Shown here: positions 40,037 through 54,345 of the stretch, piece by piece
Layout of the letters: every line of letters begins with the position of its first letter
How positions within the stretch are numbered: position 1 is the first letter of the stretch
Source: Lingula anatina
Lineage: Eukaryota; Animalia; Brachiopoda
Assembly (NCBI GenBank): GCA_051362555.1
Contig: CM120649.1
Location: 3,844,001 to 3,908,000, forward strand
Length of the DNA: 64,000 nt
Direction: 5' to 3'
Made by a program: the position numbers and the translations under genes
Notes under the pieces: model-generated
Told to the model about the DNA's origin: nothing
The model's input: only the letters and a program-made list of their open reading frames with translations
Database searches by the model: none

Positions 40037-43000
40037 GCACTTTTACCGATAACACGATAAGTGGAAAACCATTTTTCCTTTTGATTTGAAACTTGCAGAA
40101 CTGATGAATATTCATAATACGCAGGTCAAGTTCGAAAATCAGCATGATCGGGTCACTATTAGGGAATTTATGCTGTTTTTTCACTTTTTTCAACATATAT
40201 GCAGCACCGATAACACGATAAGTGGAAAACCATTGTACCTTTTGGCTTGAAACTTACAGTACTGATGAATATTCATAATACGCAGGCCGAGTTCGAAAAT
40301 CAGCATGATCGGGTCACTTATAGGGAATTTATGCTGTTTTTTCACTTTTTTCAGCATATATGCAGCACCGATAACACGATAAGTGGAAAACCATTTTACC
40401 TTTTGGCTTGAAACTTACAGAACTGATGAATATACATAATACGCAGGTCAAGTTCGAAAATCAGCGTGATTGGGTCATTTTTAGTGAATTTAGGCTATTT
40501 TTTATTCTCTTTTTTCAGCATATATGCAGCACCGATAACACCATAAATGGAAAACCATTTGACCTTTTGGCTTGAAACCTACAGAACTGATGAATATTCA
40601 TAATACGCAGGTCAAGTTCGAAAATCAGCATGATTGGGTCATTTTTAGTGAATTTAGGCTATTTTTTCACTTTTTTTCAGCATTTTTGCAACACTGATAA
40701 CACAATAAATGAAGAGCTGTTTTACCCTTTGGCTTGAAACTTACAGAACTGATAAATATTCATAATACGCAGGTCAAATTCGAAAATCAGCACGATCGGG
40801 TCACTTATAGGGAATTTATGCTGTTTTTTTTTCACTTTTTTCAGTATATATGCAACACTGATAACACAATATAAGAAAAACAGATTGGCCAACTGTCATT
40901 ATACTCACAGGAGGGGCCAATCTTACTAAAACGCAGGTTGAGTTTGAAAATCAGCATAATCAATCCATTATTTTAAAAGGTAATGCTGTTTTTTCACATT
41001 TCCTCACATTCAATTCTTAGGCATGTTAACAGTCTCATTATTGAACTAATAAGATACGTAAATGTGTTTGTTTGGCATTTCCTGCATCTTTACAACATTG
41101 TTAGTTGATTTTGTAAAAATAATGGTAGACTTGTTATCATGTATTGTGTAATAAAGTGTCAAAAATGGAAATAAACTCATATCATTGCAGTTTGTCAGAT
41201 GCATTCATCCACTATGTTCAGAATCTCAGAATGGAGGAAGTTGGGCATTTAAAACTGTTCTATTGATACTTTTCCCATCTCATCAATTTTCTTCATTGGT
41301 CATATAAAAATGGCAGTAAACTGTTTATTTTGTTTTATGTTTAAAAAGTGTTAAAAATGGAAATAAACCCATTTCAGAACAGTGCTGTATTGTTTACATT
41401 TTGGCATTTTCAATATGTGACTTTGAAGTTCCATGGGCCTGAAGGCTTTTGCTAGTCACATTTTCTGAATAACCATGATACTAATATTTTATAATTAAAA
41501 ATTGATGGTCATTATGCTGTAAAACATTATGTAATATTGCATGAAAATTTGAAGAAACCCCTATTTTGGGCACTGCTCCCATGATGACCATTTAAGGATA
41601 ATCATGTCACTTACTGTTCTCAAACTTACAGGAAAGAAAAATGGGACTAAAATACAGCTCCAGTAGGCAATGCAGTCTGTTTGGTAAATTTTTCTGGCAA
41701 TTAAACAGTTTTTTGTGAAAATTTAATTTTTCACTTATTGGCATTTTCAAGGTGTGACTTTGAAGTTCCATGATCCTGAAGACCTTTGCTTGTCACATTT
41801 CCTGAATATCCGTGATACTAATATTTTATAATTAAAAATTGATGGTCATTATGCTGTTAAACATTATGTAATGTTGCATCAAAATTTGAAGAAACCCCTA
41901 TTTTGGGCACTGCTCCCATGATGACCATTTAACAAAAATCATGTCAATTACTGTTCTCAAACTTACAGGAAAGAAACATGGGTCTAAAATACAGCTTCAG
42001 TTGGCAATGCAGTCTGTTTGGTAATTTTTTCTGGCAATTAAACAGTTTTTTGTGAAAATTTAATTTTTCACATATTGGCATTTCCAAGGTGCGACTTAGA
42101 ACCTCCACGGGCTTGAAGACCCGTGCTAGTCACATTTTGTGAAAATCTATGACACTTATATTTTATTATTAAAAATCGATGGTCATTATGCTGTTAAGCA
42201 TTATGTAATGTTGCATCAAAATAGCAGAAAACACAATTTTTGGTGCTGCTGCCTTGATGACCATTATGGAAAAACCGTGTAACTTATGACTGTCAAACTT
42301 TCAAAAAAGAAACACAGGACTAAAATGCAGCCTGAGTTAGAAAAGCAGTCTAATTGGCTTCTTTTTCTGGAAGTTATACATTTTAGTGTTATATTCATTA
42401 TCTTTTTTGGCATATTAATTATGGGACTCGGAGCTCCCATGGACATGAAGCCAAATGGTAATCATATTTTCTACATGTCCATCCTATTTATAGTCAATAA
42501 ACAAAAATTGGTGATAATTATTCTCTAATTTATTATGTAATGTTACATCAAAATTGACAATCTTTTTGCACTGCTACTGCAAACATTATGAAAAGAAAAC
42601 TGTGCTACTTATTATAATTTTAAACTTACAAGTACGATTTTTAGGATTGGCCTTCAGCTCATGAGAAAACCAGCTCTATCGGATTATCATGTTTATTGTA
42701 TTTATGCATTTTTTGTGAAATTTTCATTTTTCTCATTCTGGCACTTTCTAAGTATAAACTTGAACTCTGATGGGCCTGAAGCCTTATGCTTTTACTTTCG
42801 TCTGTGTTACCTGTTGTGCATAAGTTGATGTTGACTGTGCAGTTAAACATAATGTATTATTGCATCAGGATTGGTAGTCTCCTATTTTAGGCATTATGGT
42901 TTTGTGCTTTTCTTAAGGTGTGACTTATGGGCCTGAAGACCTTTGAGTGGGTCAGTCTGTAAATTACCCTTGGGTATCACTAGATTAATTTCAGAGTTAT

Positions 43001-43160
43001 AAAGTCATTTGCTTTAATAGGCCATTAAATGAGATTACGTAAAGCACACTTGTTGATATTTCCCTGTAAACTCCCAAAGGTAAAGCTCTTTGCTAGATTA
43101 ATAATAAGGAAGCAGTGATAATTATGCAGGTAAATTTTGTTTAATATTGCAAATAAGTTT

Positions 43161-43219
<59 letters not shown>

Positions 43220-45937
43220 AACTGGAAGATTAAAAGTTTGAATAGCAGCTTCATTGGAATTATATTTACCTCAAGCTCTGCCAAGGAGGTTATATTTTCA
43301 CCCCTGTTTGTCTGTCATCCACATAACACAAAAAGTTATGGACTGATTTTGCAGAAATTTTCAGGAACTGTCGGAAGTGGGCCAAAGAGGACAATGATTA
43401 ATTTTTGGTGGTGGTCCGGATCAATAATCAATCAATTATCAATATAATCAACAATTGCTGCCTTGGCAGAGGTCTGCACTCTCAAAGTGCTTTTCTAGTT
43501 TTGTTGTTTTCCTTTATAATTTTTTCTCAAACACTTGCATTTGTGACTTTTAGCCCCAGGCAGGCTCTCATCTGCCTGGGGCTCTGCACATTTTCTGTAT
43601 TTCTACATAAGCAGTTGTATTGTTTTTTATGTCTTTAAACATTATGTAATATTATTTTATGCACTGTCATCATTTTTCAAATATTGAGACTTTCATAATG
43701 TGAATTTGAACTCTCATGGTCCTGAAACTGTAATCTTATTGAAGGGGTGGATTGAGACCATCTTCTGGGTCTTCCGGAAGACAGTCAGGTTATTAAGTTT
43801 ATATTGACTGGTATCTATTTTTTCTGTTGGAAGACCATCAAAATGGAGGATGGATCAACATAGATACTTTGTAATACTGTCAGAAAATATCTCTGGGTCC
43901 GCTCCTGTTATTGACCATGTTACCTGTTGTGCAAGATTAAAATTCAGTGTTGACTGACAGTGCTATTATAAGCATTATTTATTATTGCATCAAAATTGAC
44001 AAAATGACCTTTTTTGCATCTTTATTTTCTGTTTTTTGTCTGTACATTTGACAGCTTTGCTGCCTTGTTTGTTTGTTTGTTTGTTTTATTTTTATGTACA
44101 GACACAGATGTGTCTGTACATATTGCCATCACCTGCGTCTGTTGTCGCCGTCGCCGTCCCTGTCGCCGTCGCCGTCGCCGTGCACTTTCATCGTTAACAC
44201 GATAAGTGGAAGACAGTTTTACTTTTTGGCTTTATATTTACAGAGCTGATGAATATTCATAAAACGCAGGTCAAGTTCGAAAATCAGCATGTTTGGGCAA
44301 TTATTGTAGTATTTATGCTGTGTTTTCACTTTTTAGCATATATGCAACACTGTTAACACATTTCCAGGAAAACCGATAGGCCTGTTGTCATGAAACTCAC
44401 AGGAGTAATTAATCTTACTAAAACGCAGATCAAGTTCGAAAATCGGCATGATCGGGCCACTATTTTAGTAGTTATGCTGTTTTTTTCACTTTTCAGCATA
44501 TGTGCAACACTGTTAACACATTTCAAGGAAAACCGATAGACCTGTTGTCATGAAACTCACAGGAGTAATTAATCTTACTAAAATGCAGGTCAAGTTCGAA
44601 AATCAGCATAATCGGGCCATTATTTTATAAGTTATGCTGTTTTTAAACATTTCCTCAGATTCAATTCTTAGGCATGTTAACAGTCTCATTATTTAACTAA
44701 TAAGATTCGTAAAAGTGTTTGTTTGACATTTCCTGCATCTTTACAACATTGTTAGTTGATTATGTAAAAATGATGGTAAACTTGTTATCATGTATTGTAA
44801 AATAGAGTTTCAAAAATGGAAATATACTCATATCATTGCAGTTTGTCAGATTCATTCATTCACTATGTTCAGAAACTCAGAATGGAGGAAATTGGACATT
44901 AAACACTGTTCTATTGATATTTTTCCCATCTCATCAATTTTCTTAGTTGATCATATATAAATGGCAGTAAATTGTTAATTTTGTTATATGTTAAAAAATT
45001 GTTAAAAATGGAAAAAAAACATTTCAGGACAGTGCTGTCTTGTCTACATTTTGGCATTTTCAAGGTGTGACTTTGAAGTTCCTTTGGCCTGAAGACCTTT
45101 GCTAGGAACATTTTCTGAATATCCATGATACTAATATTTTATTATTAAAAATTGATGGTAATTATCCTGTTAAACATTATGTAATAGTGCATCAAAATTT
45201 GAAGACACCCCTATTTTGGACACTGCTCCCATGATGACCATTTAAGGAAAACCATGTCACTTACTGTTCTCAAACTTACAGGAAGAAACATGGGACTTAA
45301 ATAAAGCTTCAGTGGGCAATGCAGACTATTTGGTAAATTTTTTTGGCAGTTAATCAGTTTTTTGTGAAAATTTAATTTTTCACATATTGGCATTTTCAAG
45401 GTGTGACTTAAAACCTCCACGGGCTTGAAGACCCATACTAGTCACATTTTCTGAAAATCCATGATACATATATTATATTATGTACAGACACAGATATGTA
45501 TGTACATATTGCCATCACCTGCGCCTGTCGTCGCCGTCGTCGATCATGTCGCCGTCACTGTTGCCGTGCACTTTCAGCATTAACACCATAAGTGGAAGAC
45601 AGTTTTACTTTTTGGCTTTATATTTACAGAGCTGATGAGTATTCATAAAACGCAGGTCAAGTTCGAAAATAAGCATGATGGGGCCATTATTGTAGAAGTT
45701 ATGCTTTTTTTTTCACTTTTCAGCATATATGCAACATCGTAAACACATTTCAATAAAAACCGATAGGCCTGTTGTCATGAAACTCATAGGGGTAATCAAT
45801 CTTACTAAAACACAGGTCAAGTTCGAAAATCGGCATGATCGGGCCACTATTTTAGTAGTTATGCTGTTTTTATGTACAGACACAGATGTGTCTGTACATA
45901 TAGCCATCATCTGCGTCTGTCGTCGCCGTCGTCGCTG

Positions 45938-45968
<31 letters not shown>

Positions 45969-48900
45969 GCACTTTTACCGATAACACGATAAGTGGAAAA
46001 CCATTTTGCTTTTTGATTTGAAACTTGCAGAACTGATGAATATTCATAATACGCAGGTCAAGTTCGAAAATCAGCATGATCGGGTCACTCTTAGGGAATT
46101 TATGCTGTTTTTTCACTTTTTTCAACATATATGCAGCACCGATAACACGATAAGTGGAAAACCATTGTACCTTTTGGCTTGAAACTTACAGTACTGATGA
46201 ATATTCATAATACGCAGGTCGAGTTCGAAAATCAGCATGATCGGGTCACTTATAGGGAATTTATGCTGTTTTTTCACTTTTTTCAGCATATATGCAGCAC
46301 CGATAACACGATAAGTGGAAAACCATTTTACCTTTTGGCTTGAAACTTACAGAACTGATGAATATACATAATACGCAGGTCAAGTTCGAAAATCAGCGTG
46401 ATTGGGTCATTTTTAGTGAATTTAGGCTATTTTTTATTCTCTTTTTTCAGCATATATGCAGCACCGATAACACCATAAATGGAAAACCATTTGACCTTTT
46501 GGCTTGAAACCTACAGAACTGATGAATATTCATAATACGCAGGTCAAGTTCGAAAATCAGCATGATTGGGTCATTTTTAGTGAATTTAGGCTATTTTTTC
46601 ACTTTTTTTCAGCATTTTTGCAACACTGATAACACAATAAATGAAGAGCTGTTTTACCCTTTGGCTTGAAACTTACAGAACTGATAAATATTCATAATAC
46701 GCAGGTCAAATTCGAAAATCAGCACGATCGGGTCACTTATAGGGAATTTATGCTGTTTTTTTTTCACTTTTTTCACTTTTTTCAGTATATATGCAACACT
46801 GATAACACAATATAAGAAAAACAGATTGGCCAATTGTTATTATACTCACAGGAGGGGCCAATCTTACTAAAACGCAGGTTGAGTTTGAAAATCAGCATAA
46901 TCAGTCCATTATTTTAAAAGGTAATGCTGTTTTTTCACATTTCCTCACATTCAATTCTTAGGCATGTTAACAGTCTCATTATTGAACTAATAAGATACGT
47001 AAATGTGTTTGTTTGGCATTTCCTGCATCTTTACAACATTGTTAGTTGATTTTGTAAAAATGATGGTAAACTTGTTATCATGTATTGTGTAATAAAGTGT
47101 CAAAAATGGAAATAAACTCATATCATTGCAGTTTGTCAGATGCATTCATCCACTATGTTCAGAATCTCAGAATGGAGGAAGTTGGGCATTTAAAACTGTT
47201 CTATTGATACTTTTCCCATCTCATCAATTTTCTTCATTGGTCATATAAAAATGGCAGTAAACTGTTTATTTTGTTTTATGTTTAAAAAGTGTTAAAAATG
47301 GAAATAAACCCATTTCAGAACAGTGCTGTATTGTTTACATTTTGGCATTTTCAATATGTGACTTTGAAGTTCCATGGGCCTGAAGGCTTTTGCTAGTCAC
47401 ATTTTCTGAATAACCATGATACTAATATTTTATAATTAAAAATTGATGGTCATTATGCTGTAAAACATTATGTAATATTGCATGAAAATTTGAAGAAACC
47501 CCTATTTTGGGCACTGCTCCCATGATGACCATTTAAGGAAAATCATGTCACTTACTGTTCTCAAACTTACAGGAAAGAAACATGGGACTAAAATACAGCT
47601 CCAGTAGGCAATGCAGTCTGTTTGGTAAATTTTTCTGGCAATTAAACAGTTTTTTGTGAAAATTTAATTTTTCACTTATTGGCATTTTCAAGGTGTGACT
47701 TTGAAGTTCCATGATCCTGAAGACCTTTGCTTGTCACATTTCCTGAATATCCGTGATACTAATATTTTATAATTAAAAATTGATGGTCATTATGCTGTTA
47801 AACATTATGTAATGTTGCATCAAAATTTGAAGAAACCCCTATTTTGGGCACTGCTCCCATGATGACCATTTAACAAAAATCATGTCAATTACTGTTCTCA
47901 AACTTACAGGAAAGAAACATGGGTCTAAAATACAGCTTCAGTTGGCAATGCAGTCTGTTTGATAATTTTTTCTGGCAATTAAACAGTTTTTTGTGAAAAT
48001 TTAATTTTTCACATATTGGCATTTCCAAGGTGCGACTTAGAACCTCCACGGGCTTGAAGACCCGTGCTAGTCACATTTTGTGAAAATCCATGACACTTAT
48101 ATTTTATTATTAAAAATCGATGGTCATTATGCTGTTAAGCATTATGTAATGTTGCATCAAAATAGCAGAAAACACAATTTTTGGTGCTGCTGCCTTGATG
48201 ACCATTATGGAAAAACCGTGTTACTTATGACTGTCAAACTTTCAAAAAAGAAACACAGGACTAAAATGCAGCCTGAGTTAGAAAAGCAGTCTAATTGGCT
48301 TCTTTTTCTGGAAGTTATACATTTTAGTGTTATATTCATTATCTTTTTTGGCATATTCATTATGGGACTCGGAGCTCCCATGGACATGAAGCCAAATGGT
48401 AATCATATTTTCTACATGTCCATCCTATTTATAGTCAATAAACAAAAATTGGTGATAATTATTCTCTAATTTATTATGTAATGTTACATCAAAATTGACA
48501 ATCTTTTTGCACTGCTACTGCAAACATTATGAAAAGAAAACTGTGCTACTTATTATAATTTTAAACTTACAAGTACGATTTTTAGGATTGGCCTTCAGCT
48601 CATGAGAAAACCAGCTCTATCGGATTATCATGTTTATTGTATTTATGCATTTTTTGTGAAATTTTCATTTTTCTCATTCTGGCACTTTCTAAGTATAAAC
48701 TTGAACTCTGATGGGCCTGAAGCCTTATGCTTTTACTTTCATCTGTGTTACCTGTTGTGCATAAGTTGATGTTGACTGTGCAGTTAAACATAATGTATTA
48801 TTGCATCAGGATTGGTAGTCTCCTATTTTGGGCATTATGGTTTTGTGCTTTTCTTAAGGTGTGACTTATGGGCCTGAAGACCTTTGAGTGGGTCAGTCTG

Positions 48901-49101
48901 TAAATTACCCTTGGGTATCACTAGATTAATTTCAGAGTTATAAAGTCATTTGCTTTAATAGGCCATTAAATGAGATTACGTAAAGCACACTTGTTGATAT
49001 TTCCCTGTAAACTCCCAAAGGTAAAGCTCTTTGCTAGATTAATAATAAGGAAGCAGTGATAATTATGCAGGTAAATTTTGTTTAATATTGCAAATAAGTT
49101 T

Positions 49102-49172
<71 letters not shown>

Positions 49173-52100
49173 AACTGGAAGATTAAAAGTTTGAATAGCA
49201 GCTTCATTGGAATTATATTTACCTCAAGCTCTGCCAAGGAGGTTATATTTTCACCCCTGTTTGTCTGTCATCCACATAACACAAAAAGTTATGGACTGAT
49301 TTTGCAGAAATTTTCAGGAACTGTCGGAAGTGGGCCAAAGAGGACAATGATTAATTTTTGGTGGTGGTCCGGATCAATAATCAATCAATTATCAATATAA
49401 TCAACAATTGCTGCCTTGGCAGAGGTCTGCACTCTCAAAGTGCTTTTCTAGTTTTGTTGTTTTCCTTTATAATTTTTTCTCAAACACTTGCATTTGTGAC
49501 TTTTAGCCCCAGGCAGGCTCTCATCTGCCTGGGGCTCTGCACATTTTCTGTATTTCTACATAAGCAGTTGTATTGTTTTTTATGTCTTTAAACATTATGT
49601 AATATTATTTTATGCACTGTCATCATTTTTCAAATATTGAGACTTTCATAATGTGAATTTGAACTCTCATGGTCCTGAAACTGTAATCTTATTGAAGGGG
49701 TGGATTGAGACCATCTTCTGGGTCTTCCGGAAGACAGTCAGGTTATTAAGTTTATATTGACTGGTATCTGTTTTTTCTGTTGGAAGACCATCAAAATGGA
49801 GGATGGATCAACATAGATACTTTGTAATACTGTCAGAAAATATCTCTGGGTCCGCTCCTGTTATTGACCATGTTACCTGTTGTGCAAGATTAAAATTCAG
49901 TGTTGACTGACAGTGCTATTATAAGCATTATTTATTATTGCATCAAAATTGACAAAATGACCTTTTTTGCATCTTTATTTTCTGTTTTTTTGTCTGTACA
50001 TTTGACAGCTTTGCTGCCTTGTTTTTCACTTTTCAGCATATGTGCAACACTGTTAACACATTTCAAGGAAAACCGATAGACCTGTTGTCATGAAACTCAC
50101 AGTGGTAATCAATCTTACTAAAACGTAGGTCAAGTTCGAAAATCAGCATAATCGGGCCATTATTTTATAAGTTATGCTGTTTTTTCACATTTCCTCAGAT
50201 TCAATTCTTAGGCATGTTAACAGGCTCATTATTTAACTAATAAGATTCGTAAAAGTGTTTGTTTGACATTTCCTGCATCTTTACAACATTGTTAGTTGAT
50301 TATGTAAAAATGATGGTAAACTTGTTATCATGTATTGTATAATAGTGTTTCAAAAATGGAAATAAACTCATATCATTGCAGTTTGTCAGATTCATTCATT
50401 GACTATGTTCAGAAACTCAGAATGGAGGAAATTGGACATTTAACACTGTTCTGTTGATATTTTTCCCATCTCATCAATTTTCTTAGTTGATCATTTATAA
50501 ATGGCAGTAAATTGTTAATTTTGTTATATGTTAAAAAATTGTTAAAAATGGAAAAAAACACATTTCAGGACAGTGCTGTCTTGTCTACATTTTGGCATTT
50601 TCAAGGTGTGACTTTGAAGTTCCTTTGGCCTGAAGACCTTTGCTAGGAACATTTTCTGAATATCCATGATACTAATATTTTATTATTAAAAATTGATGGT
50701 AATTATCCTGTTAAACATTATGTAATAGTGCATCAAAATTTGAAGACACCCCTATTTTGGACACTGCTCCCATGATGACCATTTAAGGAAAACCATGTCA
50801 CTTACTGTTCTCAAACTTACAGGAAGAAACATGGGACTTAAATAAAGCTTCAGTGGGCAATGCAGACTATTTGGTAAATTTTTCTGGCAGTTAATCAGTT
50901 TTTTGTGAAAATTTAATTTTTCACATATTGGCATTTTCAAGGTGTGACTTAGAACCTCCACGAGCTTGAAGACCCATGCTAATCACATTTTCTGAAAATC
51001 CACGATACGGATCTTTTATTATTAAAAACTGATGGTCATTATGCTGTTAAGCATTATGTAATATTGCATTAAAATAGAAGAAAACACAATTTTGGGTGCT
51101 GCTGCCATGATGACCATTATGGGAAAACCATGTTACTTATGATTGTCAAACTTTCAAAAAAGAAACAAAGGACTAAAATGCAGCCTGAGTTGGAAAAGCA
51201 GTCTAATTGGCTTCTTTTTCTGGAAGTTATACATTTTAGTGAAATATTCATTTTTATCATGTTGGCATTTTCATTGTGGGACTCGAAGCTCCCATGGACA
51301 TGAAGCCAAATGGTAATCAAATTTTCTACATGTCCATGCTATTTATAGTCAATAATCAAAAATTGGTGATAATTATTCTGTAATTTATTATGTAATGTTA
51401 CATCAAAATTGACAAAAATCTTTTTGCACTGCTACTACAAACATTATGAAAAGAAAACTATGTTACTTATTATTATTTTCAACTTACAAGTATGATTTGT
51501 AGGATTGGCATGCAGTTCAAATTAGAAAGCCAGCTCAAATGGGTTATCATTTATTATTGAATTTAAGCAGTTTTATGTGAAATTTTCATTTTTCTCATTC
51601 TGGCATTTTCAAAGTGTGAACTTAAACTCCCATGGGCCTGAAGCCTTACGCTTGTTACACATTTCACTTACATTGGTATTACCTGTTGAGCATAATTAAA
51701 ATTTGATGTTGAATTTGCAGTTAAGCATAATGTACTTTTGCATCAGAATTGACAGTAGCCTGTTTTGTGCATTGTTATTGTCTGCTTTTTGTCTGTACAT
51801 TTGACAGCTTTGCTGCCTTGTTCATATTTAGGTTCAGTTTTTTGACAGATATTTTTCAGATTGTTATTATAACAGTTAAAATTTTTTCAGTAGAGATACT
51901 AAGAGTTTTTTTAATTCAAATGTCATGATTAAGAGGAAAAAAAACAATTTTTTCTTTGCAGAAGGATCTGTGACCGGTTCAACTAGAGGTCAACGAGAGG
52001 GAGAGAATGTGCTCAGTGATTGGTCAGAAGATGATCAGCACTCTGACCTACTTAGCAGGGGTGAAGGCAGGGTAGGTGTTTGATTGGACAGTTTTTTTTC

Positions 52101-53244
52101 TGTCACAGTACTTAAATGACCTATCCGAAAATTGTTGAGAGAAATACTACCACCTTTTAAGAAATTCTGAATTATTCATTTTATGGTCATGAGTGAAATT
52201 TGCATATCTGCATTATGAATGTGACCCCACAACATGAGTCTTACAGCCTAAAAAAAGGTGTATGGAATTTTTTCTCTGATCAGTTTGGGAGGAAGTGTAC
52301 CTTTGAGTTGGTGATTTAGAGAGTAATGTTGGAATCTTAAGTGAAAATTATTATTTATAAATAATATGAACTTTTTGTTCATGTTCCTTTTTGTGGGACC
52401 TATTATGATTCACCTTCGAAAAAACCCCAGAATTGATGCAACCAAGAGATTATCTTGAAGTCAATTCTTTGACTCACTAGAAAGGATTTGGGACATATTC
52501 TATCTTTCCAAAAAGAGTGTTGCAAAGTCCATAAAGCCAAAAAAGAGGTTTTGCTATTTACCAAACAATAATACATTCATTATCGCATCTTTATGCCCTG
52601 TAGTGTGATTTATGTATTATATTAAATTAAATCGCTAAAACCAGGTACTAAAAGATTTTGACAGGTCTTACTCGGTGTCAAATGTCAAAATTTTTTACTT
52701 TTTATTTAGTGATTTAATATTTTAACAAAACAAGATATTTATTTATTTATTTATTTATTTTTGTTGACAGGGACCCCCCAGTCGTGACTCAGGTAGCAGA
52801 GATCAAGAAGAATGGCGGGTGCGTCATCGCGACGACTCTCGTGAAGGAAGAGATCGTGTACGTGAGATCAGGGATGATTATCGTCAGAGGAGTCGACCAA
52901 GTAGCCGAGAACGCATCCCACCAAGGGACTATGACAGGTGTGTGTGTGTTTGTGTGTGTGTTGCATTTTTGGTGAGTATGCATGTACTTTTTTTATAAAA
53001 ACCATTGTGAACGTTACCCAAGGCAGCAGTAGGATAAGTTTGTTATGTGTGTATTTGTCTTGCCAATTTTTGCAAGGTGAAAATTTGTCATTGGGAAGTT
53101 TAAGCTCAGGTTTGTTTTTGTTTTTTTTTTTATAGATTTTAAAAATATCTGACAGAATAATGCTATTTATTTCATTGATAGCATTTTATAAGATTACATG
53201 AATGATCTCAAATGTTTTTTCCCTAAGTCTGAAGACATTTTCAC

Positions 53245-53275
<31 letters not shown>

Positions 53276-53972
53276 GTATGGGAAAGAAATGGTCATGGTG
53301 TTTACGTGGAGCTAGTTTCAATTGTATCTGGACCTGTCAAGTTTTTTTTTTTTTTTTTAGTAAAATTTTTATTGCTTGTTTGCATTACATATTTCTGTTC
53401 TCCGAGCTCTCTCTCTTATTTTGATTACCTTCTGGAATTTGAAATTGTTCTTCATGTAGGGGTAGGAATGAGCCGTCTAGATTTCCTGAAAGAGAAAGAC
53501 CTCCTGATGAAATTCCACCCAAACAGGAGGCTGAAGTCAGAGCAAGTAAAGATGGCATGTCACCACCTGCAGGGGGCAGCACTGAGGGCGACATGAAAGA
53601 TTTACCACCAGATGTCTCTGCAAACCAAGAAGGTACATTCAATAAAATTAATAATCATGGTGGCAAGAAACAATGTTATTTTTGATAATGAGCATGTCAC
53701 CCAGTTCTAGAATTTTGAAGAAATTAAGTGTTAACTTTGTAAAAGAACTAATATCAAGGACTGAACTAATATCAAGGACTGATGTTAATTTTAGGCGAGG
53801 ACAAGCAGAGCACTGTGGGAGGTAACTTGGAGTATGACGAGATCTCAGACAACGAGCTGGATGAGATACTGGCCACTGAGGAGGCTGAACAAGAGGAGGA
53901 AAGTGCACCAGGTTGGTCTTTCTCTTTCTCTCTCTCTGTCTCTCTCTCTCTCTGTCTCTGTCTTTCTCTCTT

Positions 53973-54014
<42 letters not shown>

Positions 54015-54307
54015 CTCACAAGAATATGGACAGACGTAAATTGTATGTCAGTTATAGGAAAACCTGCTTAGACTCTGAGCTGTCTAATTTGCATTTTACA
54101 AAGAGTTTAAAGTGATCACTTACTCACTTTGTGTAGTTGGTTGTCCAATATTTGCAAGCACATTTGACTTTCTCATTTGATTGATTTGCTATGACAATGT
54201 TCTACAAAACATGGCCCTCATAGCCCCAAAAAATTGGAATAACAAGTCTGCTGCAGAGGATTTAAGCTGTCTATACTGTATATATTATAACTAAGTGCCA
54301 AGTTGTA

Positions 54308-54345
<38 letters not shown>

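Larger units (their letters stand above)
45479..51822 (+). mobile_element. HINE family 3, copy C, interrupted by copy A2
   Basis: 5' end at 45479; GTTATGCTGTTTT|...|TTTCACTTTTCAGC is split at about 45870/50023; intact 3' end GTCTGTACATTTGACAGCTTTGCTGCCTTGTT at 51791-51822. Confidence 0.75.

Noticed and set aside
42264-51320. Duplicated short ORFs suggesting a small gene family
   Set aside because: All lie inside non-autonomous HINE copies and show no domain signatures
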